DNA of 44,106 nt from Nemertoderma westbladi (lineage: Eukaryota; Animalia; Xenacoelomorpha): NCBI GenBank assembly GCA_032718475.1, contig JAUCBJ010002605.1, positions 1-44,106 of the forward strand, written 5' to 3'. This document shows, piece after piece, positions 33,565 to 44,106 of the stretch. The notes under the pieces are model-generated. The model saw only the letters and a program-made list of their open reading frames with translations, searched no databases and was not told where the DNA came from. Position numbers and translations under genes: made by a program. Every line of letters starts with the position of its first letter. Positions within the stretch are counted from its first letter, which is position 1.

Positions 33565-35222
33565 TTCTTTGTTGTCCCGATGTCTCTATGTTCCTTCACC
33601 CATTGCAATATTCTTTGTTGTCCCGATGTCTCTATGTTCCTTCACCCATTGCAATATTCTTTGTTGTCCCGATGTCTCTATGTTCCTTCACCCATTGCAA
33701 TATTATTTGTTGTCCCGATGTCTCTATGTTCCTTCACCCATTGCAATATTCTTTGTTGTCCCGATGTCTCTATGTTCCTTCACCCATTGCAATATTCTTT
33801 GTTGTCCCGATGTCTCTATGTTCCTTCACCCATTGCAATATTCTTTGTTGTCCCGATGTCTCTATGTTCCTTCACCCATTGCAATATTCTTTGTTGTCCC
33901 GATGTCTCTATGTTCCTTCACCCATTGCAATATTCTTTGTTGTCCCGATGTCTCTATGTTCCTTCACCCATTGCAATATTCTTTGTTGTCCCGATGTCTC
34001 TATGTTCCTTCACCCATTGCAATATTCTTTGTTGTCCCGATGTCTCTATGTTCCTTCACCCATTGCAATATTCTTTGTTGTCCCGATGTCTCTATGTTCC
34101 TTCACCCATTGCAATATTCTTTGTTGTCCCGATGTCTTTATGTTCCTTCACCCATTGCAATATTCTTTGTTGTCCCGATGTCTCTATGTTCCTTCACCCA
34201 TTGCAATATTCTTTGTTGTCCCGATGTCTCTATGTTCCTTCACCCATTGCAATATTATTTGTTGTCCCGATGTCTCTATGTTCCTTCACCCATTGCAATA
34301 TTCTTTGTTGTCCCGATGTCTCTATGTTCCTTCACCCATTGCAATATTCTTTGTTGTCCCGATGTCTCTATGTTCCTTCACCCATTGCAATATTCTTTGT
34401 TGTCCCGATGTCTCTATGTTCCTTCACCCATTGCAATATTCTTTGTTGTCCCGATGTCTCTATGTTCCTTCACCCATTGCAATATTCTTTGTTGTCCCGA
34501 TGTCTCTATGTTCCTTCACCCATTGCAATATTCTTTGTTGTCCCGATGTCTCTATGTTCCTTCACCCATTGCAATATTCTTTGTTGTCCCGATGTCTCTA
34601 TGTTCCTTCACCCATTGCAATATTCTTTGTTGTCCCGATGTCTTTATGTTCCTTCACCCATTGCAATATTCTTTGTTGTCCCGATGTCTCTATGTTCCTT
34701 CACCCATTGCAATATTCTTTGTTGTCCCGATGTCTCTATGTTCCTTCACCCATTGCAATATTCTTTGTTGTCCCGATGTCTTTATGTTCCTTCACCCATT
34801 GCAATATTCTTTGTTGTCCCGATGTCTCTATGTTCCTTCACCCATTGCAATATTCTTTGTTGTCCCGATGTCTCTATGTTCCTTCACCCATTGCAATATT
34901 ATTTGTTGTCCCGATGTCTCTATGTTCCTTCACCCATTGCAATATTCTTTGTTGTCCCGATGTCTCTATGTTCCTTCACCCATTGCAATATTCTTTGTTG
35001 TCCCGATGTCTCTATGTTCCTTCACCCATTGCAATATTCTTTGTTGTCCCGATGTCTCTATGTTCCTTCACCCATTGCAATATTCTTTGTTGTCCCGATG
35101 TCTCTATGTTCCTTCACCCATTGCAATATTCTTTGTTGTCCCGATGTCTCTATGTTCCTTCACCCATTGCAATATTCTTTGTTGTCCCGATGTCTCTATG
35201 TTCCTTCACCCATTGCAATATT
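33565..35222. repeat. 46-bp near-perfect tandem array, 36 copies
   Basis: Unit ttctttgttgtcccgatgtctctatgttccttcacccattgcaata at 33565, 33611 ... 35175; only two recurring SNP types seen. Confidence 0.97.
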
Positions 35223-35425
35223 ACACGATACTGAGTTCGAGTCATTTGGGGCCCACAAATATCATGTAGATAACGATAGAACCCTTCTTCATCCCCATTG
35301 AAGTCATTGAATCGATTAACGAGCTGATTCGCGTATTTAATTCCCTTTCTTCTCAGCCGCTCTGAGAATGCTTCACCAATCCCGGGAACCTCGATGACCT
35401 TTGATGATTTACCTTTCTTGTACAT
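35150..35425 (-). CDS. Divergent barrier-to-autointegration factor (BAF)-like protein
   Basis: VIEVPGIGEAFSERLRRKGIKYANQLVNRF..DEEGFYRYLHDICG..ILQW aligns by eye with BAF ([41 protein letters not shown]..LREW); intronless; 3' end overlaps the 46-bp array. Confidence 0.75.
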   Translation of the reverse strand: MYKKGKSSKVIEVPGIGEAFSERLRRKGIKYANQLVNRFNDFNGDEEGFYRYLHDICGPQMTRTQYRVILQWVKEHRDIGTTKNIAMGEGT

Positions 35426-35664
35426 TATTAGTTCGTATTAGTTCAAAGATGAATAGATAAGATTGTATTGGCCTGTATAATTAGTATTGTATCACTATTT
35501 TCAGTTTACCAATATTCTCGTCATTCTGTAACCTGTTCCTTTTGCCACAGGTACGCATATGAACGATAATTGAATAATGACTATGATACACAACACATGC
35601 CAGTACCCAATGATTTGATATGCCAAACATTATATTCCAGTAAACTTTATGTACAACGTCGGGG

Positions 35665-35790
35665 TGGGGTAGCGGTAGGTCTGTTGGTTGAGAGCAGGCC
35701 TTGCAATACATTATGCTATTGATTGTAGGTTCGAATCCCACCAGGGTCCACTCAGCCTTTCATGCACTGGTGTTGATAAAATGAGTACTG
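35665..35790 (+). mobile_element. tRNA-derived SINE relic with Deu/Nin-like core
   Basis: B-box ggttcgaatccc followed by ccactcagcctttcat...gataaaatgagtac. Confidence 0.6.
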
Positions 35791-35807
35791 TACAATTTGA
35801 ATTACTG

Positions 35808-36228
35808 TCACCCATGACATTTGCTAGATCATCTGCATCTTCAAGACCAGTGTCCTTTAAAATGCGTCTCAAGAAAGTCATTGGCTGTCCACCATGCTTA
35901 TTCACTCCATGAGGCTGCCAAAGCATAATCAGATTATGCACTGAATGGTCCTCACGGTGAAAGCAATGTCCTGCAAAGCGGAGGCGACTTTGTTCTAGTG
36001 TCAAGCTTGGGGGAACCAATCAGACACCTCCAATGTTATATAGTGTCTGGTTGGAGATGTGTGCATTGTACTTGACACAAAGAAAATGACTGGGCGACAG
36101 ACATTGAGGTAATAATGAAGAAGGGCCAATGGAAGGGTCTATGCAGCTACAGGTGGCACCTCGTTTATGCTGCATGGAGGTGCAAGTTTTCTTGACCAAT
36201 TACCTAGAATACCTGACCTGACCTGACC
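35808..36228 (-). mobile_element. Bipartite RTE derivative (5' UTR joined to 3' part of ORF)
   Basis: 36132-36228 is the reverse complement of ~24387-24478 (including ggtca repeats); 35808-36080 matches ~25994-26265; ~50-bp linker between. Confidence 0.88.
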
Positions 36229-36992
36229 CCTTAATATGAATGCTTAGTAATATAATAAATAAATACTTACAGCTTGCCAATCTAAATGCGGTAAAAAAAA
36301 TCGCGAATCCAGTAACATCTGGAGAGGTTATTAGTGTTTCGATGTTATTATCGAGGGGTTGTTGGTCACGCCACACTTCAACCAGGGAGTCGCAGTCAGT
36401 GAAATATAACCCTACCCCCCTCGTTTCAGATTGGAAACCGATTTCTTTAAGGCTAATAGTTTATCCAGTTCTAATCCCCGGACTGAAGAAACGTTCAGAA
36501 GCAGAACGATCTTTATTTATGATGAGAAATGTTAGACCGCACATCACATCTCTGAAAGTATTAAATATTATATTCAACTTTATAACTTATAGTAATAAGT
36601 TATGTAAGAGTATATATGATAGTTATTTAAGGGGAGAAAGCAAATATTTATTTAATTTACATATTTTATTAATTCATTGAATAGGTGTGTATTTGTGTAA
36701 GTAAAAAACAGCATAACTACATTTGTATGTATAAGTAAGTTATTAAGTAAGTAATAATTAGTCTCGAAATTATTTTGGACTTAGTTGAACGAGGAACGAG
36801 GAATGTAAAGACTTAATGTGCTAATTATGAAAAATGGGAATCTAATTATATTTATTTGTGGGGAATTATTTGTAGTTACCCAGGTCAGGATATTTAATAG
36901 ATTTAATAAGTGCTTTTAAAATCTACATAAAAACTTCATAACAAGTACTTGGCAAGAACTTGCCAAGATATTTGGACGATATAGAAGGTGAA

Positions 36993-38364
36993 CCCTATTA
37001 GTACCGGGCTATAAAATGTTGTACAAATACCGGGGAGGGGGTCATATTGACCCCCCCCCCCTCTAAAATCTACAAATTTTTACGAAAACGTCTGATTTTT
37101 TGTTTGTACGTAGGTATCACTAGTCAGGATCCGACCGAAAAAAAAAAATTTCGAAAAAATGTACTGGGGTGGTTATATTGCAGCACCAAAATTAAAAGTA
37201 GTGCACAATTTTCAGAAAATTTGAAACTTACATTTTTCGTCTAATTGTTTTTCAATACAGGTTTTCTGGGGCGCAAAATACATTGGAAAATTTTAAAAAT
37301 GATTTGATTACTATAAATGGCTGTTTAGTCCTCTCTGCGTCGGAAAAAAATGAAAAAAACAAGTAACCAGCACTTTTCAGTTAGAACACAAATTTTTTAA
37401 TTCACTTATACGATGCTATAAATTCACATTTTCAGGTTTTTTAGGGCGCTGATTCTAATGGAATACATTTCTAAAATGCCCCATCATTGCTACTTGTATT
37501 TTTCGACGTAATTTGGCAAATTTTGGTGCTAGGACCAAATTTCGTACCCATCACCAAAAAGTACAAGTTTGCGATGTCCAGTGCTGTTTTTATTGATTCC
37601 ATCGGATTCAGGACCCTCATAAACCCGTATAACGCAATAAACAAGATTATACTATCTACTGATCAATTTGCTTATTTTCCAAAATTTGGTGCTGGCACAA
37701 CAATTTTCACCCACCGGCGAAAAATACAAGTTTGAAAACTCTCATGAAATTTTTACTGATTCCATTGAATTCAGAACCCTCACAAACCCGTATAACGCAA
37801 GAAACAAGGTGACACAATCAATTTATATATTTGATGGTTTTCAAAATTTGGTGCTAGCACCACATTTTGCACCCACTTCCGAAAAATACAAGTTTGAGAT
37901 GCCTACATCGAAAAATATATATTCCATTCAATTCAGAATAGCCATAAACCTCTAAAACGCAAGAAATAAATTGTCACAAACAATTTTATCAATTGAATGG
38001 ATTTTCAAAATTTTGTGCTAGCACCAAAATTTGCACCCACCACCGAAAAATACAAGTTTGATACGCTTGGTGCAACTCGTATATATTTCATCGAAACCAG
38101 AACCCCAAAAAACCCCAATTGCGTAAAAAACAAGTTTCACACAATCAATTTACAAAATTGACATATTTCAAAATTTGGTGCTGGCACCAAAAATTGGCAC
38201 CCTCCGAAAAAAACAAGTTTGAAATTTCTAAATCAATTTATATGAATTCCATCCAATTTCTAACACCAAAAAACCGGTGTAAATCAATAATAGAGATGTT
38301 ACAATTCATATTTAATTAAATGTAATTTTCAAAAAACGTCTCAAAAAAAGTGCCAAAAGTAGGG
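36993..38364. mobile_element. piggyBac-like non-autonomous element with internal tandem repeats
   Basis: tgaa|CCCTA...TAGGG|ttaa; subterminal palindrome gggggtcatattgaccccc; left TSD has one mismatch and the TIR match is short. Confidence 0.5.
37515..38300. repeat. ~163-bp diverged tandem repeat (~5 copies)
   Basis: aaatttggtgct..cac..aaaatacaagtttg at ~37518, 37681, 37843, 38008 and 38170. Confidence 0.88.
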
Positions 38365-38415
38365 TTAAAAAATGGTGCTGATAAACAACCGCGACACCTA
38401 TACTAACAGCAGAAC

Positions 38416-40566
38416 TGTTGAACAGACCAATACTCGTTAATATCCTTCTGCCAACCTAATGAGCTCTCGCCTAACCAATAAGACACAAAGACTGCTCTAC
38501 TGTTAAGTAAAGGGGATCAGGAGCGTGATATTACTAAATTGTAAAGGTTGCTAAATACAAAACCGCTACTTACCGTTAGATGGCGCTAATCTGCCGTCCG
38601 CTAATATATTTTACTAAATTTACACAACTCCTGCAAAATCGCTTGTTCCTTTCTCTACCGATCGCTCGATAGAGAGCTAACTGTTCGAATCTATGAGCCA
38701 CGCGGGAATAACCAAAACAATAAACCCGAGTCGGCTCCCTAAGCTTACTTAAGACGAGTGCGAGAGGCTTTGCACTCAGAGTATTCTTACGCCTAATTCT
38801 ATCACTTATTAAAGCACGCTATTGTCTACGTCTTTTCTAATCGCGAATACTGGGGGTTCCTTAACGTAATGTGTGAATGCGAGAATATTTAAATATCAAA
38901 ATGGTACAGTATTTGTCTCTCGTGGATAGTACCGCTCTGGGTCTAAAATTGCCTGCAGCTGGCTTTAGACCAGCAAATTACTAGCGTTTCGTGCGTGCCG
39001 AATAGTGCGTTCTAGCTGATTGCCCGCTAATACAAATAACCGCTCAGCGTGAATAGTTTACAGTACTCTAATTATTACCTTAGCTACTCTCCGCTATGCT
39101 GCGTACTAATTCTTAATTTTTACTAATCAATTACAGTCACAAATATTTAACAGCGTACTAATTACTAAGAGTTCCAGAATACGTAATTCTAATTTATCAC
39201 GCAACAGGTTTCGCTAGTAATAGCCTAAATTGCCGTATTACTTTGACCTAATCAGTAACTAATTGTTGTAACTAAGAAATAGAAATCAATCAAAGAGAAA
39301 AGGGCGCCTACCTAAACATTCACAATCATAGGCACACTTCAATAACACACCAATCAGCGTCAGCAATCACAGTTCGCAATTATGCAGTTAACTACTGTAT
39401 AGCCCACAATTATGCGATTCACTACTCGTACTCCACACTCAACGTTGTGATACGTGCAGGCCTCTCCCGGGTACATATAGGACTCCTAACTAACCTGATT
39501 CCTGCCCCCCTAATACTAAATAGAGACGAAACCTGGATCATCAGCCCCCTAATTACTGTACCAGCGATAGGTCTGCATACCACAGCGTGAACTTCCCGAC
39601 CGCAACGGTGACCCCCCGCCAGCGTTGCTCGCTTTTGAATCCTCCGCTCTCCCTTCGTCGCTAACCCCCCGATGTGCCCACCGCCCACTGGCGCCTTAGC
39701 CCTCCATTATGCTAATAGCTACCGTAGCGGCGCATGCAAATCACAAAGTCTGACAGTCTCAGAAATCCCTTAGGATTATTGCGCAGAAAGGAATCACATA
39801 GAACCATTAATCAAAAGGTAGAAATCATAGTTCAGTTGTAATTAGCAGTAATCGAAGGAATTAATTGAGAAACACGATCGAGAGTAATCGCACTAGCAAA
39901 TTATTCCAAGAAATTAATCAAAATTAGCAAATTGCAGAAAATACGCTAAAATATCATACAAAATTGAATAGGGACAGCTCAGCAAGTACAAGGGTGATAG
40001 CAGATCATGTGAGGTGTCATGTGAGGCTCTACCGGCACACCGCCAATTTATAGGTGATCCGGATGGGGTGATGCAATAGGGTGACTCAATCGCTCTCCTA
40101 TTGGCTCTCCAGTCCGTGCTAGCATTAGACCAACCTGGAAGCAGTTAGTCCAATAAGGAGGCCGGATTGTAGCCCTATCGCTTGCCCAAACCTCGAATTA
40201 TTACCATATATGGTAATGGTTCACGTCCCTGGCTGCTGAATGGCCAGGACAGCGTCCCTATATGCTAGCCCTATCGATGCTAATATCAGCAAGCACAAAA
40301 TCCAGGGTCCGAATAAACTCGCTACCCTGGAACTATCTACATATATCCTAATACAAAATTACGTAGGTAGGGCTACATATTATACAAAATGGATAGATTC
40401 AAATACATGGGTGTTTCGATTTCCCTATCTAAATATCATTGCGTTATTATGCCTTATCTAAGATATCATGCTGCACAACGGACTAATATTACGTACAGTA
40501 TAACGGACTAATATTGCATACTGCATAACGACTAATAATGTGGATACAGCGCCATATACCGTAACA
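38416..40566 (-). repeat. Candidate long 3' LTR (left boundary uncertain)
   Basis: Minus strand: short purine-rich tract ggagcgg then TGTTACGG at 40566; ~25-bp repeats at 40477-40545; CCAAT (~40100) and TATAAAT (~40050); non-coding. Confidence 0.4.
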
Positions 40567-41059
40567 CCGCTCCAAGGGAAATCATATAATGTTTCCCTCC
40601 AATTGTAGAAGAGTATAAGGTGATGTATACAAAACAAAATAAATTTCTTCCAACCAATCTAAACACTTGATACTATAAATCCTACTATTTACAAATATTG
40701 CTATAGATATTGCATAATGAATTGCATACAAATTAAATTTACAAATATTATCTCTCTCACTGTTTAATGATTATTACATACAAATTAAATTTACAAAATA
40801 TTGTTTCTCGTTCGTTCTTACTACATAATGATTACTACATACAAAATCAAATATAAAATTTTGCTAGGGCAAGTGAAAGGAGTAAGCCAAACCCGCAGGT
40901 TTGTCTCCCCAATCACCTCCTTCGCCTCTCTCATAATATAAATTCAAAATAACTCAACTAGTGTATATGAGTCTAGTCGAAGATTTCCAAATGCTACAAT
41001 ATACATCAGAGCGACGATGATGTATATATCTAGAGTCTGTCGCCCTGTGCTATAATGTA

Positions 41060-44000
41060 TTATCGACCCGCTCCTGGGTTCTTTGGGCTCGCTCCTCTCT
41101 TTCGCCCTCTTCCCAGATACACTAATCTACCTCCAGTCGACTCCGTTGACGGCGTCCGTGAGGCGTCACTCCCCGGAACCGGCGACGACGTTCCCTGAGC
41201 CCCGACAGATTCTCGGCTGGTACTTCTCCCTCGGCCTCGTCCCAATTGTCGCGCTCCCTTGATCGCTTCCGCCAACTCTTCCTTATGCAGTTGCACTCGC
41301 GCCTTTTCTGACGCCCCCTGTGCCTTGCGCTGCAACCGTTGTGCTTCTATAATTGAGTGATAGTGATCGTCCTTGACTTGACGCTTGTCTTGGACCTCTC
41401 CTCCTGGTTCTTTTCGCGAGCCTTGAGCTCCAGCGGTCGTCGCTGTGGTCGCTGCGATCCTTTGCTCCTGTATCCTCTCAGCGGTCAATGAACCCACTGG
41501 CACATGAGTCAACAAGAATTCGTTGCGGTATTGTATAGCCGCCATCCTCCAATCACCTCGCGCGCGTACCACTTTTCTAGTCTCCGTAAATACACCCTTC
41601 GTGATGCGATCGCAAATAGCAACGAAGTTCCATGTGTACTTATTGTCCATGTTCAATTGTCTGAAGTATTCTCGGACTACGATAACTCCAGTGTTCTGTG
41701 GAAGGTCTTGAGCAGTTAGGATGAGTTCCTGATATTGTGGTAGCGATTGTAGATATGGCTCGTACGCAACATGCGATGGGTCTACCGCCCAAAACCCATA
41801 TCCCGCTTTAAATGGTAACCAACGCATCTGCGCTTGAATATGGTAATCGGCCACACTCTCCCACTTATCTAACATCTCCCGAAGTAGGTTAGCGCTATGG
41901 TTTTGAAAGGAATCATCTCGCAGCTGACATCTCGCGCTACGATGTCCCTTTACCCCACAATATCCACATTGAGAAATGAAGACGGTGCACGTGTGAAACG
42001 AATGGTCGGTCTCATTACACCAACGACAGACCTTATGCGCCGCCTCTACTACCGCGTCGCACGACTTTAAATTGTGCCTTGTGCTGCCGCACAATTTGCA
42101 CCTACGCGCTTGTGGAAACCAGGCCCTCTCGTATATGAGGTCTCCAATCGGTTTCGCACTTCCTTCCTTCCCAATGTCTAATACGATGTCGTCCTCTCCG
42201 GTCAACGGTTGTCGATCCGGAACAAAGTAAACATCCTCGCCCTTGTCCTCTATCTCCAATATTTCCTCCCACGTTCGTTTCGGATATGTCTTCTCCACCG
42301 GAAGATCTACTCCGAACACCTCTACTAACGTCTCCGGCCAGCCCTCCTTAACAGGTCTATCAGCCTCCGAGTGGAAGGGAGTACCAAACCCGCGGGTTTG
42401 ATTCCCGAACCACTTCTCCAAAGCTTCTGGCGTCGGATATTCCATCGACGGTCGGTCTCCTAAATCTCCGATGGTCTGTCGATATACTCCTTCGAATATC
42501 GCTAATCCTCTCCTAACCATCGCCGTATTCTCTAACGATTGGTTGAAGAACGGGGTTAAGAAACGCTTCATCACGTCGGATTGGATTCCCCCTTTCGAGC
42601 GAACGTATTGATCTCCTCCGAATACCAATGGATGACGCTTCAAAACTCGCGCAACGATATCCGCTAATAAACAAGTCACCGTGTTCGACTCAAGCACCAA
42701 ATAATATTGTAGCGACGCACGGGGTGGCGCGCAAATGTTCCAATACACTAACGCTTGCCGCTTGAAGTGGGATTTGAACTCCGCTCCCGGTGGCGTATTG
42801 TATTCGCCATACGCCTCCTCGTACTTCTTCTGCATCTTTAACTTAAAGTCCCAATTATACAACAAGTGTGCTATAAAGCCCATACCAGTCATGGCAGAGT
42901 TGGGATACTCCCTATAAATTCCAATATCCTGTGCCCATAGCAACAATAGCTTGGTGTCGACAAACGGTCTCGGCAATCTATCTTCCAGATCAGTCATGGC
43001 GTTGAAGTCACTCTCCAAATCGCTCTGGACTCCCGATCCCACCTTGATGTAATCTTGGTTGAGAATAGCCTCTCTAACTTTCTTGGGTAACATCCTGGCG
43101 TCGATACGCTCCGCTCCGTGCATACCTCCTCGCCTGCATACCTCCAAAATCTGTTCCCTAGGATCCTTCCCCTTCCGATATTGTGTCGTTATGATGGGCT
43201 CCGGTCTCTCTCGATCCGCCCTCACATGCATAAACACATGAGTCACACCATCGGCCGCACGAATTTGAATACACTTGCTGGTCAAACATTCCTGATGGGA
43301 CCCTCCTTCATTGTCGTAGAACATCACCCTCCAATCCTGCAGTGATTCCTCCGTCTTCCTCCACTGACGCTGAATCTCGTCTGATGGGGTCCACATGCGC
43401 TCGATAGCCTTGTGGTCATCATATCGGGTATAAGAACCCTTCCTCCTCAGCCACGTCTGGTCTACCTCCTCGTCGTCTGGGAATGTAGCCACCGCGACCC
43501 ATACCTTGATGTACTTATCCAACCATCCGAATAACTTACTCTCCTTCCCCGGAGCTCCAATCTTATCCAATGTGTCGTAATCTGTGATCTGCATTGGGAC
43601 ATCACGCAAGAACTTCGCGCATAAAACTTCCCGTAGACAGTCAACGTTCCAATGGTCCGCCATTCTTACCATCGGCAAGAATCGTATCGCTTCTCGCGAC
43701 TCCGGATGATCTACTAATATCGCAGGTTCGGTACCGTCGGAATAATACACCGGTCCGGGTTGAGATACGACCTGTGGAACAAATCCAGTCACTCTTCTCG
43801 TCTCCTCTTGATGTCTATCCGCGGTCTTATTATACTCCGCTATCCTGTTCTCAAATAACTCTTTCGCCTTCGCCGCTCGCTCCTCCTGCCGCAACGCGTC
43901 TATGTCGTCCTGATGCTCAGGCGTGAGGCTTCTCGCTCGGTGAGGTGAAGTAAACGCAGTCCAGGGACTCGAGAGCTCCAAACCCGCGGGTTTGGTACCC

Positions 44001-44080
44001 GAGTCCCGCGCCGCTTCGCGCCGCGCCTCTAGATCCTTATAGGCTCGGTACAGCAAAATGGCCGCTGCCATCTCTATCAA
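41060..44080 (-). CDS. DEDDy-like (WRN/EXD-type) 3'-5' exonuclease fused to three CCHC zinc knuckles
   Basis: ExoI VMFYDNE, CIQI, LPKKVREAILNQDYIKVGSGVQSD (ExoII), FVDT, ExoIII-like W..PP..LQYYLVLE; knuckles CKLCGSTRHNLKSC, CRWCNETDHSFHTC, CGYCGVKGHRSARC; first ATG 44071; frame stays open to the window edge. Confidence 0.75.
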   Translation of the reverse strand: MIEMAAAILLYRAYKDLEARREAARDSGTKPAGLELSSPWTAFTSPHRARSLTPEHQDDIDALRQEERAAKAKELFENRIAEYNKTADRHQEETRRVTGFVPQVVSQPGPVYYSDGTEPAILVDHPESREAIRFLPMVRMADHWNVDCLREVLCAKFLRDVPMQITDYDTLDKIGAPGKESKLFGWLDKYIKVWVAVATFPDDEEVDQTWLRRKGSYTRYDDHKAIERMWTPSDEIQRQWRKTEESLQDWRVMFYDNEGGSHQECLTSKCIQIRAADGVTHVFMHVRADRERPEPIITTQYRKGKDPREQILEVCRRGGMHGAERIDARMLPKKVREAILNQDYIKVGSGVQSDLESDFNAMTDLEDRLPRPFVDTKLLLLWAQDIGIYREYPNSAMTGMGFIAHLLYNWDFKLKMQKKYEEAYGEYNTPPGAEFKSHFKRQALVYWNICAPPRASLQYYLVLESNTVTCLLADIVARVLKRHPLVFGGDQYVRSKGGIQSDVMKRFLTPFFNQSLENTAMVRRGLAIFEGVYRQTIGDLGDRPSMEYPTPEALEKWFGNQTRGFGTPFHSEADRPVKEGWPETLVEVFGVDLPVEKTYPKRTWEEILEIEDKGEDVYFVPDRQPLTGEDDIVLDIGKEGSAKPIGDLIYERAWFPQARRCKLCGSTRHNLKSCDAVVEAAHKVCRWCNETDHSFHTCTVFISQCGYCGVKGHRSARCQLRDDSFQNHSANLLREMLDKWESVADYHIQAQMRWLPFKAGYGFWAVDPSHVAYEPYLQSLPQYQELILTAQDLPQNTGVIVVREYFRQLNMDNKYTWNFVAICDRITKGVFTETRKVVRARGDWRMAAIQYRNEFLLTHVPVGSLTAERIQEQRIAATTATTAGAQGSRKEPGGEVQDKRQVKDDHYHSIIEAQRLQRKAQGASEKARVQLHKEELAEAIKGARQLGRGRGRSTSRESVGAQGTSSPVPGSDASRTPSTESTGGRLVYLGRGRKRGASPKNPGAGR

Positions 44081-44106
44081 ACTGGGTGTCGAACAGGGTT
44101 TAATTT

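Noticed and set aside
33565-35222. CRISPR array
   Set aside because: Units are head-to-tail with no unique spacers, there are no cas genes, and the context is eukaryotic.
33513-35301. Three ~570-aa Cys-rich ORFs on the + strand
   Set aside because: Artefact of a 46-bp unit lacking stops in all + frames; the meaningful coding strand is minus.
36240-36680. 146-aa ORF
   Set aside because: No recognisable motif; AT-rich and likely a chance frame.

Overview
Eukaryotic (most likely invertebrate animal), repeat-saturated window with no clear ordinary host gene and nothing indicating a prokaryotic origin. Left: a minus-strand BEL/Pao LTR retrotransposon whose single ~2,800-codon gag-pol frame is broken by one TGA in RT; it has a very long N-terminal Gag extension and a probable 5' LTR. 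Middle: a TTAA-bounded piggyBac-like shell of ~8.5 kb holding a Crypton-type tyrosine recombinase gene between two long palindromes, plus nested Merlin-like and Tc1/mariner-like MITEs. Next come a GGGT-rich satellite and a locally duplicated ~1 kb unit whose second copy received an endonuclease-less RTE-like LINE (13-bp TSD) and a solo LTR (5-bp TSD). Further right: RTE fragments, SINE relics, a copia integrase relic, and a divergent intronless BAF-like gene whose 3' end is amplified into 36 copies of a 46-bp unit. Right end: an intact ORF of ~1,000 aa fusing a DEDDy-type 3'-5' exonuclease to three CCHC knuckles, followed by a probable PPT/LTR. Best novelty candidates: that exonuclease-knuckle ORF as retrotransposon cargo, the BAF-like gene, and the palindrome-flanked recombinase. 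All family assignments are by eye from motifs; no database searches were run.
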